Assembly: GCF_009834535.1 (NCBI RefSeq)
Contig: NC_045697.1
Coordinates: 108,688,001 to 108,752,000, forward strand
Reading direction: 5' to 3'
From: Camelus ferus
Lineage: Eukaryota
DNA: 64,000 bases
Shown: positions 63,901 through 64,000 of the stretch, in pieces
Layout of the letters: every line of letters begins with the position of its first letter
Position numbering within the stretch: the stretch's first letter is position 1
Made by a program: the position numbers and the translations under genes
Notes under the pieces: generated by a model
What the model was told of the DNA's origin: nothing
Database searches by the model: none
The model's input: the letters and a program-made list of their open reading frames with translations, nothing else

Positions 63901-64000
63901 CTTCGTCATCGCCCTGTCACTCTGACTTAGAATGACTCTCAACATGTGAGCATGCCTTCTGTGACCCAGTGAACTACAAAACGGCGCCTGGGGCCAGGGC

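Noticed and set aside
1..64000. CRISPR arrays, operons or prokaryotic defence systems
   Set aside because: There are no regularly spaced repeats and no dense ORFs. The sequence is mammalian and repeat-rich.

Overview
This is mammalian nuclear DNA, most likely camelid. The evidence is eight copies of a tRNA-Ala-derived SINE resembling the camelid Vic-1 type, plus young L1 3' ends. It is not prokaryotic, and I find no intact protein-coding gene, CRISPR array or true tRNA. Much of the window is interspersed repeat (L1, L2, MIR, MaLR/ERVL LTRs, hAT MITEs); repeat subfamily names are from memory, not from a database search. The main hidden structure is a decayed multi-exon gene on the + strand running from a CpG-rich 5' edge (donor at 91) to about 41.4 kb. 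At least ten AG/GT-bounded unique segments translate, through stops and frameshifts, into several RGS-box-like motifs and an N-terminus resembling RGS22/RGSL1. I read this as a probable unitary pseudogene of a multi-RGS-domain protein; the assignment is by-eye motif recognition and needs HMM/tblastn confirmation. The window also has two old local duplications, several nested or composite retroposon insertions with readable TSDs, and enhancer-like non-coding blocks between 43 and 59 kb.
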